A stretch of 64,000 bases of DNA, from NCBI GenBank assembly GCA_944323935.1, contig CALUUJ010000004.1, forward strand, positions 15,062 to 79,061, read 5' to 3'. Under the pieces are notes generated by a model. The model worked only from the letters and a program-made list of their open reading frames with translations. It was not told the origin of the DNA and ran no database searches. Made by a program: the position numbers and the translations under genes. This DNA comes from Candidatus Gastranaerophilales bacterium. GTDB taxonomy: Bacteria > Cyanobacteriota > Vampirovibrionia > Gastranaerophilales > Gastranaerophilaceae. Positions 1 to 10,487 of this stretch are shown here, piece by piece; positions within the stretch are counted from its first letter, which is position 1, and every line of letters begins with the position of its first letter.

Positions 1-1
1 C

Positions 2-865
2 TTATCACAAGTTTCACTTGTAAGTGATATTGATTCTTATGTGGATGATACAAAAGCGCTAACACTTATGACTCTGCATAGCGCAAAAGGGCTTGAATTT
101 GATACCGTATTTCTGTCCGGGCTTGAAGAAGGAATTTTTCCTCATAGCCGCTCATTAGATGCACCTAGTGAAATGGAAGAAGAAAGAAGACTAATGTATG
201 TTGGTATTACAAGAGCTAAAAAAAACCTATATTTAAGCTGCGCAAAAAGACGTAAAATGTGGGGTGATTATAAATATTACAATCCTAGCAGATTTTTATC
301 GGAAATCCCACAAAATTTAATTGATTATTCTGAATCTGAATATTCAAATTCAAATAGCTCTTATAATCAAAATACTACCTTCAAAAATGCAGTAGAAACT
401 ATAAAATCAAGACACATAGAAGAAAATTTTGATGGAAGTATTAAAACTGCAACTTCATTTGGAAAAGGGTTTATTGCACCTCAAAAAAGATTTCAACACA
501 ATACTAGTTTTGTTGTAAAAAGCAAAAATAATCAAATAAATGCTGAAAAAAGAAAAAAACAAGAAGAAGAGAAAATGAAAGAACTTCTTGAAGATAACCC
601 TATAAAACGACTTCTATTGGAGAAAAAAAGAAAAGAGACCGAACAAAATTCTACTTCTTCTATTACTGAAGTAAATGAACTAAAACAAACATTTCAATCA
701 AAAACTGAATTTTCCACTGGAGATAGAGTTTTCCACTCTAAATTCGGAGTTGGCAAAGTTGTTGAAATAAAAGAAATTGGTTTTTCTTCTATGATTATTG
801 TTGATTTTGGAAAATTCGGTAAAAAGGCACTCGATGAAGCATTTGCACAACTAAAAAAGTTTTGA
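2..865 (+). CDS. pcrA: ATP-dependent DNA helicase PcrA/UvrD, C-terminal part (5' end outside window)
   Basis: The frame is open from base 2 ([13 protein letters not shown]...), so the listed GTG at 41 is internal. It has SF1 helicase motifs ([27 protein letters not shown]) and a C-terminal Tudor-like tail ([17 protein letters not shown]). Confidence 0.85.
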   Translation, partial: LSQVSLVSDIDSYVDDTKALTLMTLHSAKGLEFDTVFLSGLEEGIFPHSRSLDAPSEMEEERRLMYVGITRAKKNLYLSCAKRRKMWGDYKYYNPSRFLSEIPQNLIDYSESEYSNSNSSYNQNTTFKNAVETIKSRHIEENFDGSIKTATSFGKGFIAPQKRFQHNTSFVVKSKNNQINAEKRKKQEEEKMKELLEDNPIKRLLLEKKRKETEQNSTSSITEVNELKQTFQSKTEFSTGDRVFHSKFGVGKVVEIKEIGFSSMIIVDFGKFGKKALDEAFAQLKKF

Positions 866-898
866 TACTATTATTTTATCGCTCAAGAGGGAATTTAA

Positions 899-1297
899 AT
901 GAATTATAAATTAATTGACATGAAAGTTTTTGGAGATTCAAGAGGAAAACTGGTTTCTTTGGAAGGGAACAGAAATGTGCCGTTTGAAATAAAACGTGTT
1001 TATTACATTTTTGATACTCTCCCGGAACAAGCAAGAGGTCTTCATGCTCATAAAAATATGGAACAAATTATTATTGCTATGGATGGTGCTTGTCAATTCG
1101 TACTTGATGACGGTAATAATAGAGAAGAAGTATGGTTAAACAGACCAGATAAGGGATTATATATTGGAAAAAATATGTGGCGTGAAATGAGACATTTTAG
1201 TTATGGATGTAAATTAATGGTTTTAGCCTCTGATTATTATGATGAAAAAGAATATATAAGAAATTATGATGATTTTTTAAATGAGGTATTAAAATGA
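899..1297 (+). CDS. WxcM/FdtA-like cupin, probable dTDP-4-keto-6-deoxyhexose 3,4-ketoisomerase
   Basis: [31 protein letters not shown] and [21 protein letters not shown] match the FdtA/QdtA (WxcM C-terminal) family. An SD-like AGAGGGA lies upstream. FdtA cannot be separated from QdtA by eye. Confidence 0.75.
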   Translation: MNYKLIDMKVFGDSRGKLVSLEGNRNVPFEIKRVYYIFDTLPEQARGLHAHKNMEQIIIAMDGACQFVLDDGNNREEVWLNRPDKGLYIGKNMWREMRHFSYGCKLMVLASDYYDEKEYIRNYDDFLNEVLK

Positions 1298-1716
1298 TTC
1301 ATCCATTTTCAGATGTTAAAACTAACAATATTGGGGAAGATACAAATATTTGGCAGTTTTGTGTGATATTAAAAGGAGCTTACATAGGTAAAAGCTGTAA
1401 TATCTGCTCACATTGTTTCATAGAAAATGAAGTTAATATAGGCAACAACGTTACAATAAAAAATGGCGTTTCACTATATGACGGTATTACAATAGAAGAT
1501 AATGTTTTTATTGGACCTAATGCTACATTTTGTAATGATAGATATCCAAAATCCAAAAATAAAAATTTTAAATTAGAAAAGATTCTTATAAAAAAAGGTG
1601 CTTCAATTGGAGCAAATGCTACAATCCTTCCAGGTGTTACTATTGGAGAAAATGCTCTCATTGCTGCAGGTGCGGTTGTAACTAAAGATGTTGAACCAAA
1701 TACAATCTATAAATAA
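1294..1716 (+). CDS. Hexapeptide-repeat (left-handed beta-helix) N-acetyltransferase, FdtC/QdtC-like
   Basis: Has repeated [LIV]G-x4 hexapeptide pattern ([29 protein letters not shown]...[25 protein letters not shown]). There is a 4-nt ATGA overlap with the upstream isomerase gene. Confidence 0.75.
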   Translation: MIHPFSDVKTNNIGEDTNIWQFCVILKGAYIGKSCNICSHCFIENEVNIGNNVTIKNGVSLYDGITIEDNVFIGPNATFCNDRYPKSKNKNFKLEKILIKKGASIGANATILPGVTIGENALIAAGAVVTKDVEPNTIYK

Positions 1717-1747
1717 GATAATCAATATTAATAGAGATTAGGGTAGT

Positions 1748-2833
1748 ATGATAAGTTTTTTAGATTTATACAAAGTTAATGAAAGATATAGGCAAGAAAT
1801 AGAGCAAAGAATAAAAAAAGTTCTCAATTCCGGCTGGTATATTCTTGGTAATGAATGTAAGACTTTTGAAGAAAATTTTGCAAAATATATAGGAGTAAAA
1901 CACTGCATTGGCTGCGCAAATGGACTTGACGCACTTAATCTGATAATAAAAGGTTATGGATTTAAGCAAGGAGATGAAATAATTGTACCTGCAAATACTT
2001 ATATTGCGTCAATTCTTGCTATTTCTGAAAATGGATGCTCACCTATTCTTGTTGAGCCTGATATAAATACTTATAATATTAATCCTGATTTAATTGAAGA
2101 AAAAATAACTAAAAAGACGAAGGCTATAATGGTTGTTCATTTATATGGACAAGCTGTTCAAATGAAGAGAATTTGGGAAATTGCAAAAAAATATAATTTA
2201 AAAATTATTGAAGATTCAGCGCAAGCTCATGGAGCTTATTATGAAAACAAAAGAACAGGTAATTTAGCTGATGCAGCAGGTTTTTCTTTTTATCCGGGGA
2301 AAAATCTTGGAGCTTTAGGTGACGGCGGTTGTATTACAACAAACGATGATGAATTAGCAGAAAAAGTACGCGCTATTGCAAATTACGGCTCAGACTACAA
2401 ATATCATCATATTTATAAAGGCATTAATTCAAGACTTGATGAACTTCAAGCTGCAATTTTAGATGTTAAACTCAAGTATTTAGATAAAGATAACAATAAA
2501 AGAAGTGAGATTGCAAAGTTCTACAGAAATAATATTATTAATCCTAAAATAATTTTACCTAAGACATACGCCGAAGCTTCACATGTTTGGCATATATTTG
2601 CCATAAGAGTTCAAGATAGAGATAAGTTTCAGAAATATTTAAAGCAGAATGGTGTTCAAACTGTCATACACTATCCAACTCCTCCTCATAAACAAGAGGC
2701 ATATAATGAATGGAAAAGTTTATCTTTCCCAATAACAGAAAAAATACATAATGAAATAATTTCTATGCCAATGTCGCCCGTAATGACAGATGATGAAGTT
2801 AATAAAGTTGTTGAGGTTTTAAATGATTGGTAG
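1748..2833 (+). CDS. DegT/DnrJ/EryC1/StrS-family PLP-dependent sugar aminotransferase (FdtB/QdtB-like)
   Basis: Has family motifs [24 protein letters not shown] and [16 protein letters not shown] (PLP lysine). It sits with the ketoisomerase and acetyltransferase genes. Confidence 0.85.
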   Translation: MISFLDLYKVNERYRQEIEQRIKKVLNSGWYILGNECKTFEENFAKYIGVKHCIGCANGLDALNLIIKGYGFKQGDEIIVPANTYIASILAISENGCSPILVEPDINTYNINPDLIEEKITKKTKAIMVVHLYGQAVQMKRIWEIAKKYNLKIIEDSAQAHGAYYENKRTGNLADAAGFSFYPGKNLGALGDGGCITTNDDELAEKVRAIANYGSDYKYHHIYKGINSRLDELQAAILDVKLKYLDKDNNKRSEIAKFYRNNIINPKIILPKTYAEASHVWHIFAIRVQDRDKFQKYLKQNGVQTVIHYPTPPHKQEAYNEWKSLSFPITEKIHNEIISMPMSPVMTDDEVNKVVEVLNDW

Positions 2834-3638
2834 CAAAAAAGATAAATTTGATTTTATCTGTTCTCTAGGTGGTAATTGCATGGTTTCTGCCCAATTAAAA
2901 CAGCGTAATTTAAGGATGTTCTCTCTTCCTTTTGATTGGCTTTATATGATAGATGACAAAGTACTGTATAATCTACCAAATTGTTTTAGAAATAAATTTG
3001 CTGATTTTATCCAAAAAGAAAATATGCGATATGTTCCTTTATCAGAAATACCTCAAACTACACATACTGATCGCGTTTTGTATCAGGATATGAAAACACA
3101 ATATTATTTTTTAAATCATTTTAACAAAAAGATTGATGAATCTTCTGAATATGATATTTTTAGAAAAAAAATGACAAAAAGAATTAATCGTTTTTTTAGT
3201 TGTATAAATAATTCAAAAAAAATTTTATTTTTACTAAGTCATTCTTTTTATATCTCTAATCAACCTTATATTGACATATATAATACTTTAAAACAACTGT
3301 ATCCTGATAAAGAATTTTTTATTAAAGTCATTCAATTTAATTCAGATGAACCTTCTTTTATAAGTAATGATGAAAAAATTGAAATAGATAGATATAAAAG
3401 AAAAGATAATTTATATGATTTTATAAAAACAAATATAGAATGGGAATTTCTAGATAACATAAAATGTGATTTTACAAAACTTGGAAATAACGTATTTATA
3501 TCTATTTACAAAATAAAAAAAGGTTTAAGTATAGTATTTTTTCCTTATATAAGCTCTTTAATAACTTTTAAAATGTACTTTTTGGGAATTAGATTTATAA
3601 TTTCTCTCGGGAAATTAAAAATTAATAGAGAGGTATGA
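2823..3638 (+). CDS. DUF1796-like protein (putative papain-like fold), glycan-cluster associated
   Basis: The N-terminus [31 protein letters not shown] resembles the DUF1796 signature as I recall it. The C-terminal tail is hydrophobic. It overlaps the aminotransferase stop by 11 nt. Confidence 0.45.
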   Translation: MIGSKKDKFDFICSLGGNCMVSAQLKQRNLRMFSLPFDWLYMIDDKVLYNLPNCFRNKFADFIQKENMRYVPLSEIPQTTHTDRVLYQDMKTQYYFLNHFNKKIDESSEYDIFRKKMTKRINRFFSCINNSKKILFLLSHSFYISNQPYIDIYNTLKQLYPDKEFFIKVIQFNSDEPSFISNDEKIEIDRYKRKDNLYDFIKTNIEWEFLDNIKCDFTKLGNNVFISIYKIKKGLSIVFFPYISSLITFKMYFLGIRFIISLGKLKINREV

Positions 3639-3645
3639 AAATAAA

Positions 3646-4647
3646 ATGAATAATCTGGTTTCAGTTATTATCCCATCATATAATCATGAAAAATATGTTC
3701 AAGACACAATAAAATCAATAATTATGCAAACATATAAAAATATTGAACTTATAATTGTTGATGATGGTTCTACAGACTCTACTTTTCAGAAAATTGAAGA
3801 AATGAAAGATGAATGTGAAAAAAGATTTCAACATTTTTATTTTGAAACAAAGCAAAATGAAGGTACTATTGCAACTTTAAATAAATTATTTAGTTTAGCA
3901 AAAGGTGAATATATATATCTTATCGCTTCTGATGATATGGTTGCTGATGTGGATGCATTAAAAATTCAAGTTGAATTTTTAGATAAAAATCATAATTATA
4001 CTCTTGTTGTTGGCGATAACCAAATTATTGATGATAAAAATAAAAGATGTTTTTGGCTTGATGATCAAAGAAATATTACTTATGACGAAAATAATGCTAA
4101 ATATAAAACTTTTGTCGAATTTCTTTCAAAAAAAAATAATAATTTTAGAAATGAAAGTTTTGGCACATATAAATCTTTAAGACCTCATAATTATATCCCT
4201 AACGGATATTTAATAAGAAAATCAATATATGATAAAATTATACCCTTTTCGATAGAAGCACCTCTTGAAGATTGGTTTTTAATGCTACAACTTTCCAAAT
4301 ATGGAAAATTTAAGTTCTTTGATAAAATACTATTTTCATATCGCTGGCATGCTGCTAATACAATTAAGGATAGTAAAAAAATTTACCATTTGTCTGTCAA
4401 GACCTGTAATTATGAAAGACAATTAGTTAAAAATAATGATTTTTCAATGCTTGTGCCTAATATAAATGAGATAAATGAAATCGGGTTAATAAAGAGAACT
4501 ATAGGAATTAAAAATTTCTTTGAAATTTTAATATACAAAATACCATCAATTAAAACAATTATAATAAGAATATTTAATATTCAAATATATAAAAAAACAA
4601 AATTAAAAATAAATATAAATTATATAAAAAATATAGCACTTTTTTAA
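3646..4647 (+). CDS. Family 2 glycosyltransferase (GT-A)
   Basis: Has the canonical GT2 N-terminus VSVIIPSYNHEKYVQDTIKSIIMQTYKNIELIIVDDGSTDST and a later DD-containing motif (IASDDM). Confidence 0.85.
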   Translation: MNNLVSVIIPSYNHEKYVQDTIKSIIMQTYKNIELIIVDDGSTDSTFQKIEEMKDECEKRFQHFYFETKQNEGTIATLNKLFSLAKGEYIYLIASDDMVADVDALKIQVEFLDKNHNYTLVVGDNQIIDDKNKRCFWLDDQRNITYDENNAKYKTFVEFLSKKNNNFRNESFGTYKSLRPHNYIPNGYLIRKSIYDKIIPFSIEAPLEDWFLMLQLSKYGKFKFFDKILFSYRWHAANTIKDSKKIYHLSVKTCNYERQLVKNNDFSMLVPNINEINEIGLIKRTIGIKNFFEILIYKIPSIKTIIIRIFNIQIYKKTKLKININYIKNIALF

Positions 4648-4699
4648 GAACAAATGTTTTTATATAAGTAAGAGAAATATTTTTGAAAGAGGTTATATA

Positions 4700-4888
4700 A
4701 TGGCTAGAGTTTTAATTTCAATGCCCGAAGAATTTTTAAGCAAGATTGATGAAGTTGCTGAAGGGGAAAATAGAACAAGAAGTGAATTGATACGTGAAGC
4801 TTTAAGAACTTATATTCATAAACAGAGAGTTAAAGAAAATGCTATAGCAATGAGAAATGCAAGTATTTTAGAATCATTGCTTGACTAA
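4700..4888 (+). CDS. Ribbon-helix-helix (CopG/MetJ-type) DNA-binding protein, stand-alone
   Basis: Is 62 aa. The N-terminal beta-strand plus two helices pattern (RVLISMPEEFLSKIDEVAEGENRTRSELIREALRTYI) is typical of CopG-family RHH proteins. SD AGAGG lies 7 nt upstream. Confidence 0.7.
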   Translation: MARVLISMPEEFLSKIDEVAEGENRTRSELIREALRTYIHKQRVKENAIAMRNASILESLLD

Positions 4889-4918
4889 TACGACTACAGC
4901 TTTAGATTGGGAATGGGG

Positions 4919-4950
4919 AAAAAAGAAGCCTATAAAAAGGCTTCTTTTTG
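4919..4950. terminator. Bidirectional intrinsic terminator shared by the RHH gene and the convergent methyltransferase gene
   Basis: Has a 9-bp stem, aagaagcct (4923-4931) with aggcttctt (4938-4946), and a 6-nt loop. It is flanked by an A-run and a T-run. The right arm overlaps the last codons of the minus-strand CDS. Confidence 0.7.
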
Positions 4951-6309
4951 TACTCTTTCAAGCATTACAATTGTTTCAACGTGATATGTATTGGGAAACA
5001 TATCTACTGGTTGTATATAAATTGTTTTAAAGCCGTTTTCATTAAGTATTTTCATATCTCTTGCTAAAGTTGAAACATTACAGCTGACGTAAATAATATA
5101 TTTTTCTGTAATTCTTATCAAGTTATTTATTGAATTTAAACTGCAACCCTTTCGAGGCGGGTCTGTAATTGAAATATCAAATTTAATACCTTTTTTTATT
5201 AGTTTATCAAACTCAACTTCAGCATCTCCATTAATAATTTCAATATTTTTAATGTTATTTAATTTTACATTTGCTCTTGCATCTTCTGAGGCAGATTTAA
5301 CTTCTTCTATACAAACTACATTTGATGCAATTGAAGATAACCAAATACCGAAACTGGAAACACCTGAATATGCATCTAATATCGTTGGGTTAGTAATTTT
5401 TGAAAGTATTAATTCTTTTACCTTATTAAATATAAGTTCCGCACATAATGGATTTACTTGAAAGAAACTGTTTGCACTAATTTTATAATTAACTTCTGAC
5501 AGTTTCTCTATATAATAATCGGTTCCTATAATATTTTTAGTATTATTACTCATTATCACATTTGTTTTCTGTTCATTTAAATTAGCACATACTCCACTTA
5601 CTACAGGAAACTTCTCTATTATAGATTTAGACAATGCAGTTAATTTTTTATCAATATTATTAGAATTTATAACAAATATTATTAGAATTTGATTTAAATC
5701 AGATGAAATTCTATATACAATATGTCTTAATAGTCCTTTATGACTTTTTTCAGAGTATGCAGTTATTCCTAATTTTTGCGCTTCTGTTTTTATATATTCA
5801 TTGATTTCGTTTATGATTTGAGGCTGCATTGGACAATATTTTATGTTTATAAGCTCATGTGTATTCTTTTTATAATATCCGCTTAAAATTCTGCTTGAAA
5901 CTTTTGTTTGTGATACTGGCAATTGGATTTTACATCTATATTCTTTTATTTTGGGAGACGGTATTACATTTTGAACTTGAACATTATTTCCGGCTATTTT
6001 TTTTAAAGTTTCATCAATGATAATTCTTTTTTGATTGAGTTGCTCTTCATAAGAAATATGCAGCCAATCACAACTCCCGCATATATTATGAAAAGCGCAC
6101 TCGGGCTTAACTCTGTATGGCGAAGATTCTATTATCTTAACAATTTCTGCTGTTAAATAATTTTTGTTTATATGTGTGATTTTTATTTGCAATTTATCTT
6201 TAGGACAAGCACCTGATACAAATACGGGGATATTATTTAGTCTAGCAAGAGCTAAACCTTGATTTAGCATTTTTTCAATTTCTACAATATATTCTTCATC
6301 TGTAATCAT
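4930..6309 (-). CDS. 23S rRNA (uracil-C5)-methyltransferase, RumA/RlmD family
   Basis: Has an N-terminal TRAM-like segment, the Fe-S Cys cluster (CAFHNICGSCDWLH ... C), FFQVN, a SAM-binding region, DPPRKG and a catalytic Cys region (YVSCN). Confidence 0.85.
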   Translation of the reverse strand: MITDEEYIVEIEKMLNQGLALARLNNIPVFVSGACPKDKLQIKITHINKNYLTAEIVKIIESSPYRVKPECAFHNICGSCDWLHISYEEQLNQKRIIIDETLKKIAGNNVQVQNVIPSPKIKEYRCKIQLPVSQTKVSSRILSGYYKKNTHELINIKYCPMQPQIINEINEYIKTEAQKLGITAYSEKSHKGLLRHIVYRISSDLNQILIIFVINSNNIDKKLTALSKSIIEKFPVVSGVCANLNEQKTNVIMSNNTKNIIGTDYYIEKLSEVNYKISANSFFQVNPLCAELIFNKVKELILSKITNPTILDAYSGVSSFGIWLSSIASNVVCIEEVKSASEDARANVKLNNIKNIEIINGDAEVEFDKLIKKGIKFDISITDPPRKGCSLNSINNLIRITEKYIIYVSCNVSTLARDMKILNENGFKTIYIQPVDMFPNTYHVETIVMLERVQKEAFL

Positions 6310-8324
6310 ATTTCTTTGTATACTCTTTCAATAACTTCTTCCCAGTTATTTGTTTCCTTTTGTCTGAATATTTTTACACTATTATACCAAATTGTTTTAT
6401 CTTCATCATAAAACCAACGCCATTCGGCAGTTTTAGGCAAAAGCAAGAATGTTTTTATTCCTAAAGCTCCTGCTAAATGTGCAACAGAGGAATCAATTGT
6501 TATCATTAAATCCATATTTTTTAATAATGCTGCCGTATCAGAAAAGTCTTTAATATAGTTTTTTAATTTATGTATTTTTTCTGTCTCAATTTGACAATCT
6601 TCCATTTGAAAAGAATAGAAAGAACAATTTTCTTTTGTTAAAAGCTTTTCTATATCTTTGAAATTAACAGATCTATTTTTAAATATTTTCTTATTTCCCT
6701 GCCAGCACAAGCCAATTTTTTTATTTTTATTTTTAAATATATTTATTTTTTTATACTCACTTATCAGTTTTTGATTTGCGTTTAAATATGCTTCTTTATT
6801 TGATATTTGTGTAAAATCGAGATTTAAGGCATATTGTGTATCCATCAATGAAATCACAATGTCATAATTTGGTATTTGTTCTCCTTTTTTAATTATGTCT
6901 ATGTTAGGCATCGACTCTTTTAGCAGAGATATTAATTTCTTATCTGTCTGCAGCGTTAAATTTCTAACTTTTTGTTTTAAAATTGGAAGAAATCTTGAAT
7001 ACATAATCGTATCACCTAATCCGCAGTCAGAATAAACTAAAATGTCTTTGTCAAATAAATTAGCTTCTTTGACCCATATTTTGTCGTGGAATATTTCATT
7101 AAATTTGCTTTCTTTGCTTCTTAAAGTATATAATTTCATACCTTTCTCAAATTGTTTCTCAGACAAGTAAATCATTCCAAGGGTTATTTTACTTTGTATG
7201 GAACAATTTGGTTCTTCATTAATTTTTTCTAAAATTTCTTTTGATTTTATTACATTATTTAAATATTTGAGTGCAACGGCTTTTCCGTGCAAATAATTTA
7301 AATTTTTATTATTTAGCAGTATTGCTTTGTTGTAATTTTCAAGTGCTTTATCATATTCGCACAAATCCATATAATTTACGGCTAATTGTGAATATGCCTC
7401 AGCGGAATTTTTATTTAAATTAATTATTTTATTTAATACATCAATACTTTCGCTATTTTTATAAAGTAATCTGTAAGTTTGAGCAAGGCTTAAAAGTAAG
7501 TTCTCATCATTTTGCTTTATATTGTAGCCTTTTAGTAAATACTCCAAAGCTTTTGTATTGTCTTTATCTTTGTAAAGTGATGCAATATTTATATATGATT
7601 CTATATGTCTTTCATTTAATTCAATTGACTTAATATATGCAGCTTCTGCTTCTTGATATTTACCTGTTCTTGATAAAAGTACACCAAGGTTATAAAAGTA
7701 AATATATTTTTTATTATTAAGTAAAATAGCTCTTTTTAAACAAATAATTGCAGAATTATAATCTTTTATATCTTCATAATACCCTGATAGTAAAGCAAAA
7801 ATATCTTCATCATTATTTTTAATTTCTAAGCATTTGTTTGCATATAAAATCGCCTCTTGGATTTTATTTTGATCTTTATAGGCAAGTGACAAATTATATA
7901 ATGCAGAATAGTTTTGTGCGTTGAGTTCTATCGCTTTTTTATAATTTAATATAACGTTTTCATAATCATTGATTTTTTTGTATGCCAATGCTATAGAGTA
8001 GTATATATCATCATTCTCTCCATATAATAAAGCTTGTTCATACATTTTTATTGCTTTCTCAGGTTCTGAGTTAAAATAATAAGCTTTTGCTAAGTTAGAA
8101 GCAATATATGATGATTTTTTTAGTATAAATGCTCTGGATAGGTAATTTATTGCCTCTGGTGGATTTTGCTTTGATAAATACAGCAAACCTATAAGGTTTA
8201 AAATATTTACATCATCCTGTTTTATCTGTAATAGCTCTTTATATATTCTTTCGGCTTCATCAAATTTATCTTGCTGATGATATTTATATGCCTCATCAGT
8301 CTTTTCTTGATAGTTGTATTTCAT
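6306..8324 (-). CDS. TPR-repeat protein fused to a GT9 (heptosyltransferase-like, GT-B) domain
   Basis: The N-terminal ~400 aa are TPR repeats. The C-terminal part has GT9-type motifs (GLGDTIMYSRFLP, IGLCWQGN, DTAALLKNMDLMITIDSSVAHLAGALGIKTFLLLP, EWRW). It has a 4-nt overlap with the downstream methyltransferase gene. Confidence 0.75.
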   Translation of the reverse strand: MKYNYQEKTDEAYKYHQQDKFDEAERIYKELLQIKQDDVNILNLIGLLYLSKQNPPEAINYLSRAFILKKSSYIASNLAKAYYFNSEPEKAIKMYEQALLYGENDDIYYSIALAYKKINDYENVILNYKKAIELNAQNYSALYNLSLAYKDQNKIQEAILYANKCLEIKNNDEDIFALLSGYYEDIKDYNSAIICLKRAILLNNKKYIYFYNLGVLLSRTGKYQEAEAAYIKSIELNERHIESYINIASLYKDKDNTKALEYLLKGYNIKQNDENLLLSLAQTYRLLYKNSESIDVLNKIINLNKNSAEAYSQLAVNYMDLCEYDKALENYNKAILLNNKNLNYLHGKAVALKYLNNVIKSKEILEKINEEPNCSIQSKITLGMIYLSEKQFEKGMKLYTLRSKESKFNEIFHDKIWVKEANLFDKDILVYSDCGLGDTIMYSRFLPILKQKVRNLTLQTDKKLISLLKESMPNIDIIKKGEQIPNYDIVISLMDTQYALNLDFTQISNKEAYLNANQKLISEYKKINIFKNKNKKIGLCWQGNKKIFKNRSVNFKDIEKLLTKENCSFYSFQMEDCQIETEKIHKLKNYIKDFSDTAALLKNMDLMITIDSSVAHLAGALGIKTFLLLPKTAEWRWFYDEDKTIWYNSVKIFRQKETNNWEEVIERVYKEI

Positions 8325-10449
8325 CTTTAACTCTTTTTATTACTTCATTCCATTGATTTGGATTTTTTTGCTTAAATATTTTAATACTATCATACCATGG
8401 AGTTTTTTCTTCATCAGTAAACCATCTCCATTCGCTATCGTATGGAAGAAGTAAAAATGTTTTTATTCCCATAGCCCCAGCTAAATGTGCTATTGAGGTA
8501 TCAATTGTTATTAAAATGTCAATATTTTTTAGTAATGCTGCAGTGTCGTTATAATCTTTAATATATTCAGATAAATCAATTAAAGGTAAGGTATTTTTTA
8601 ATTTTTCAGACTCATCATCAATTTTGGATATTTGAAATGAAAATATTTGTATATCTGAAATATCAAATAATGGTAGTAACTCTTTTAATTTTACGCTACG
8701 ATTAAAAAATACTGTCGGATTTCCTTGCCAAAAAAGACCAATCTTTTTCTTATTTGTATTAAATACTTTTAATTTTGCTTTTTCTTTAACTGATTTTGGT
8801 GAAACTGTTAGATACCCTTTTGATGACGGAATATTATTTAAATCTGTGCCAGAACAACATATTGCATGCATTTCTGACATTGAATAATCATATAAATTTT
8901 CATCAATATTTTCCCCTTTTATATAAATTTTAAGTTTTGGAAAATTATATTTTACTAATCTTTTCAGGTTTTTTGGTATATATAGTAATACAGTATTGGA
9001 TTTTTCTTTTATGATATTAATATATCTGCAAAACATTAGGAAATCACCAATTCCGTGGGAGCAGTAGATCAGAATATTTTTATTTTCAGTTTTATCGTTA
9101 ATATTTATACTTTTCTTTGAAAATATCTGAAGAATATTTAAATTGTTGTCACTATCCTTACCAAATGATAAGAACTCTTCTTCGGATATACTAAATTTTT
9201 CCAAGATATTAAGTTTATTAAAAAATTTTCTTGCTTTATGCTCTATATAATTAATATCATGAATACGATTATAAAATTTAAAATATTCGTCAATAATACT
9301 TTTTAGCTCTTTTTGTTTTAATTTTATGACAGTATATGTATCATTAAAACAATTTATAGATTTTAAAATTTCCTCAGAAATATCAAGGTCACCATTAGAA
9401 CAATATGCATTTGCAAGACTTTCTTTAACAGATTTATTATCAGGAGAAATTTTTAATGCTTCTTTATAAGAATCTATTGCTCTAGTATACTCCATTAACT
9501 CTAGATAACAGTCACCTGCCATTATATAATATAGATATTCGTTAGAATTTCTATTAATTAACTCAAGAGCAATATTAAGCGCATTTTTATAATCAAACAT
9601 TTCATAATAAATCAAATATATATAAAATGGAATTGATAAATCATTAGGGAAAATTTTTTGTATATCATAATATATTTCTATTGCATTTTTCATATCGATA
9701 GATTTGTATGTTAATGCAATATTTAGCATTGCATTCTTGTTATTTGGATTTATATGTATGACCTTATCAAAAGATTCAACTGCTTTCTTATAATCCCCGC
9801 TTTTTTTATATAAAATACCAAGTTGATATAAAATTGATTCATCTTGATTATTCGCAGCAACTTTTTCCAAGAATATTATTGCATTACTATAATCTTTTAA
9901 TTCTTCATATAAATATGCAATATGTAAAAGTATATCTTTATCGTTATGATTAGTTTCAAAAGCCTTTAATGCATATTTCAATGAATCTTGTATATTATTT
10001 AAGTATTTATAACATAATGATATATTGTAATATAATTGAGAATTATCAGAAATTATTTTTGTCAATTCTTTGAAATAATAAATTGCTGTTTCATAATCTT
10101 TTTCGCCCATATATGAAAGAGCAAGAATATTTTTTGTGTTTTGGTCTTTTAAACCTGAGTTTTTTAATATATCAATAGCAGATTTATGCTTTTTTTTATA
10201 CATATATATCTGTGCAATATTTATTTTTATTTCTTCTAATTTTGTTTTATTATATATTTTTTTAAATATTTCCAATGCTAAATCATAATTTTTAAGAGAA
10301 ACATTTAATTGTGCATACAAATTCTGAACATTTAAATCATCAGGATTTATAGATAAAAGTTTATTATAGACATCTAACGCTTCATCTAATTTACCTGAAA
10401 CGTGCATATTGTAAGCAATATCAACTAGTTTTGAATAAGATTTATCCAT
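8296..10449 (-). CDS. TPR-repeat protein fused to a GT9-like domain (tandem paralog of 6306..8324)
   Basis: Has the same architecture and near-identical C-terminal motifs (GIGDFLMFCRYIN, IGLFWQGN, DTAALLKNIDILITIDTSIAHLAGAMGIKTFLLLP, EWRW). It overlaps the paralog by 29 nt. Confidence 0.75.
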   Translation of the reverse strand: MDKSYSKLVDIAYNMHVSGKLDEALDVYNKLLSINPDDLNVQNLYAQLNVSLKNYDLALEIFKKIYNKTKLEEIKINIAQIYMYKKKHKSAIDILKNSGLKDQNTKNILALSYMGEKDYETAIYYFKELTKIISDNSQLYYNISLCYKYLNNIQDSLKYALKAFETNHNDKDILLHIAYLYEELKDYSNAIIFLEKVAANNQDESILYQLGILYKKSGDYKKAVESFDKVIHINPNNKNAMLNIALTYKSIDMKNAIEIYYDIQKIFPNDLSIPFYIYLIYYEMFDYKNALNIALELINRNSNEYLYYIMAGDCYLELMEYTRAIDSYKEALKISPDNKSVKESLANAYCSNGDLDISEEILKSINCFNDTYTVIKLKQKELKSIIDEYFKFYNRIHDINYIEHKARKFFNKLNILEKFSISEEEFLSFGKDSDNNLNILQIFSKKSININDKTENKNILIYCSHGIGDFLMFCRYINIIKEKSNTVLLYIPKNLKRLVKYNFPKLKIYIKGENIDENLYDYSMSEMHAICCSGTDLNNIPSSKGYLTVSPKSVKEKAKLKVFNTNKKKIGLFWQGNPTVFFNRSVKLKELLPLFDISDIQIFSFQISKIDDESEKLKNTLPLIDLSEYIKDYNDTAALLKNIDILITIDTSIAHLAGAMGIKTFLLLPYDSEWRWFTDEEKTPWYDSIKIFKQKNPNQWNEVIKRVKDEIQLSRKD

Positions 10450-10487
10450 AACATTATGATAATTGATGTATTTTTTATTGGCAAGTA

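Noticed and set aside
4700-4888. RHH gene as half of a toxin-antitoxin system.
   Set aside because: There is no adjacent small ORF on either side. A terminator follows about 30 nt after the stop, and the next gene is convergent.
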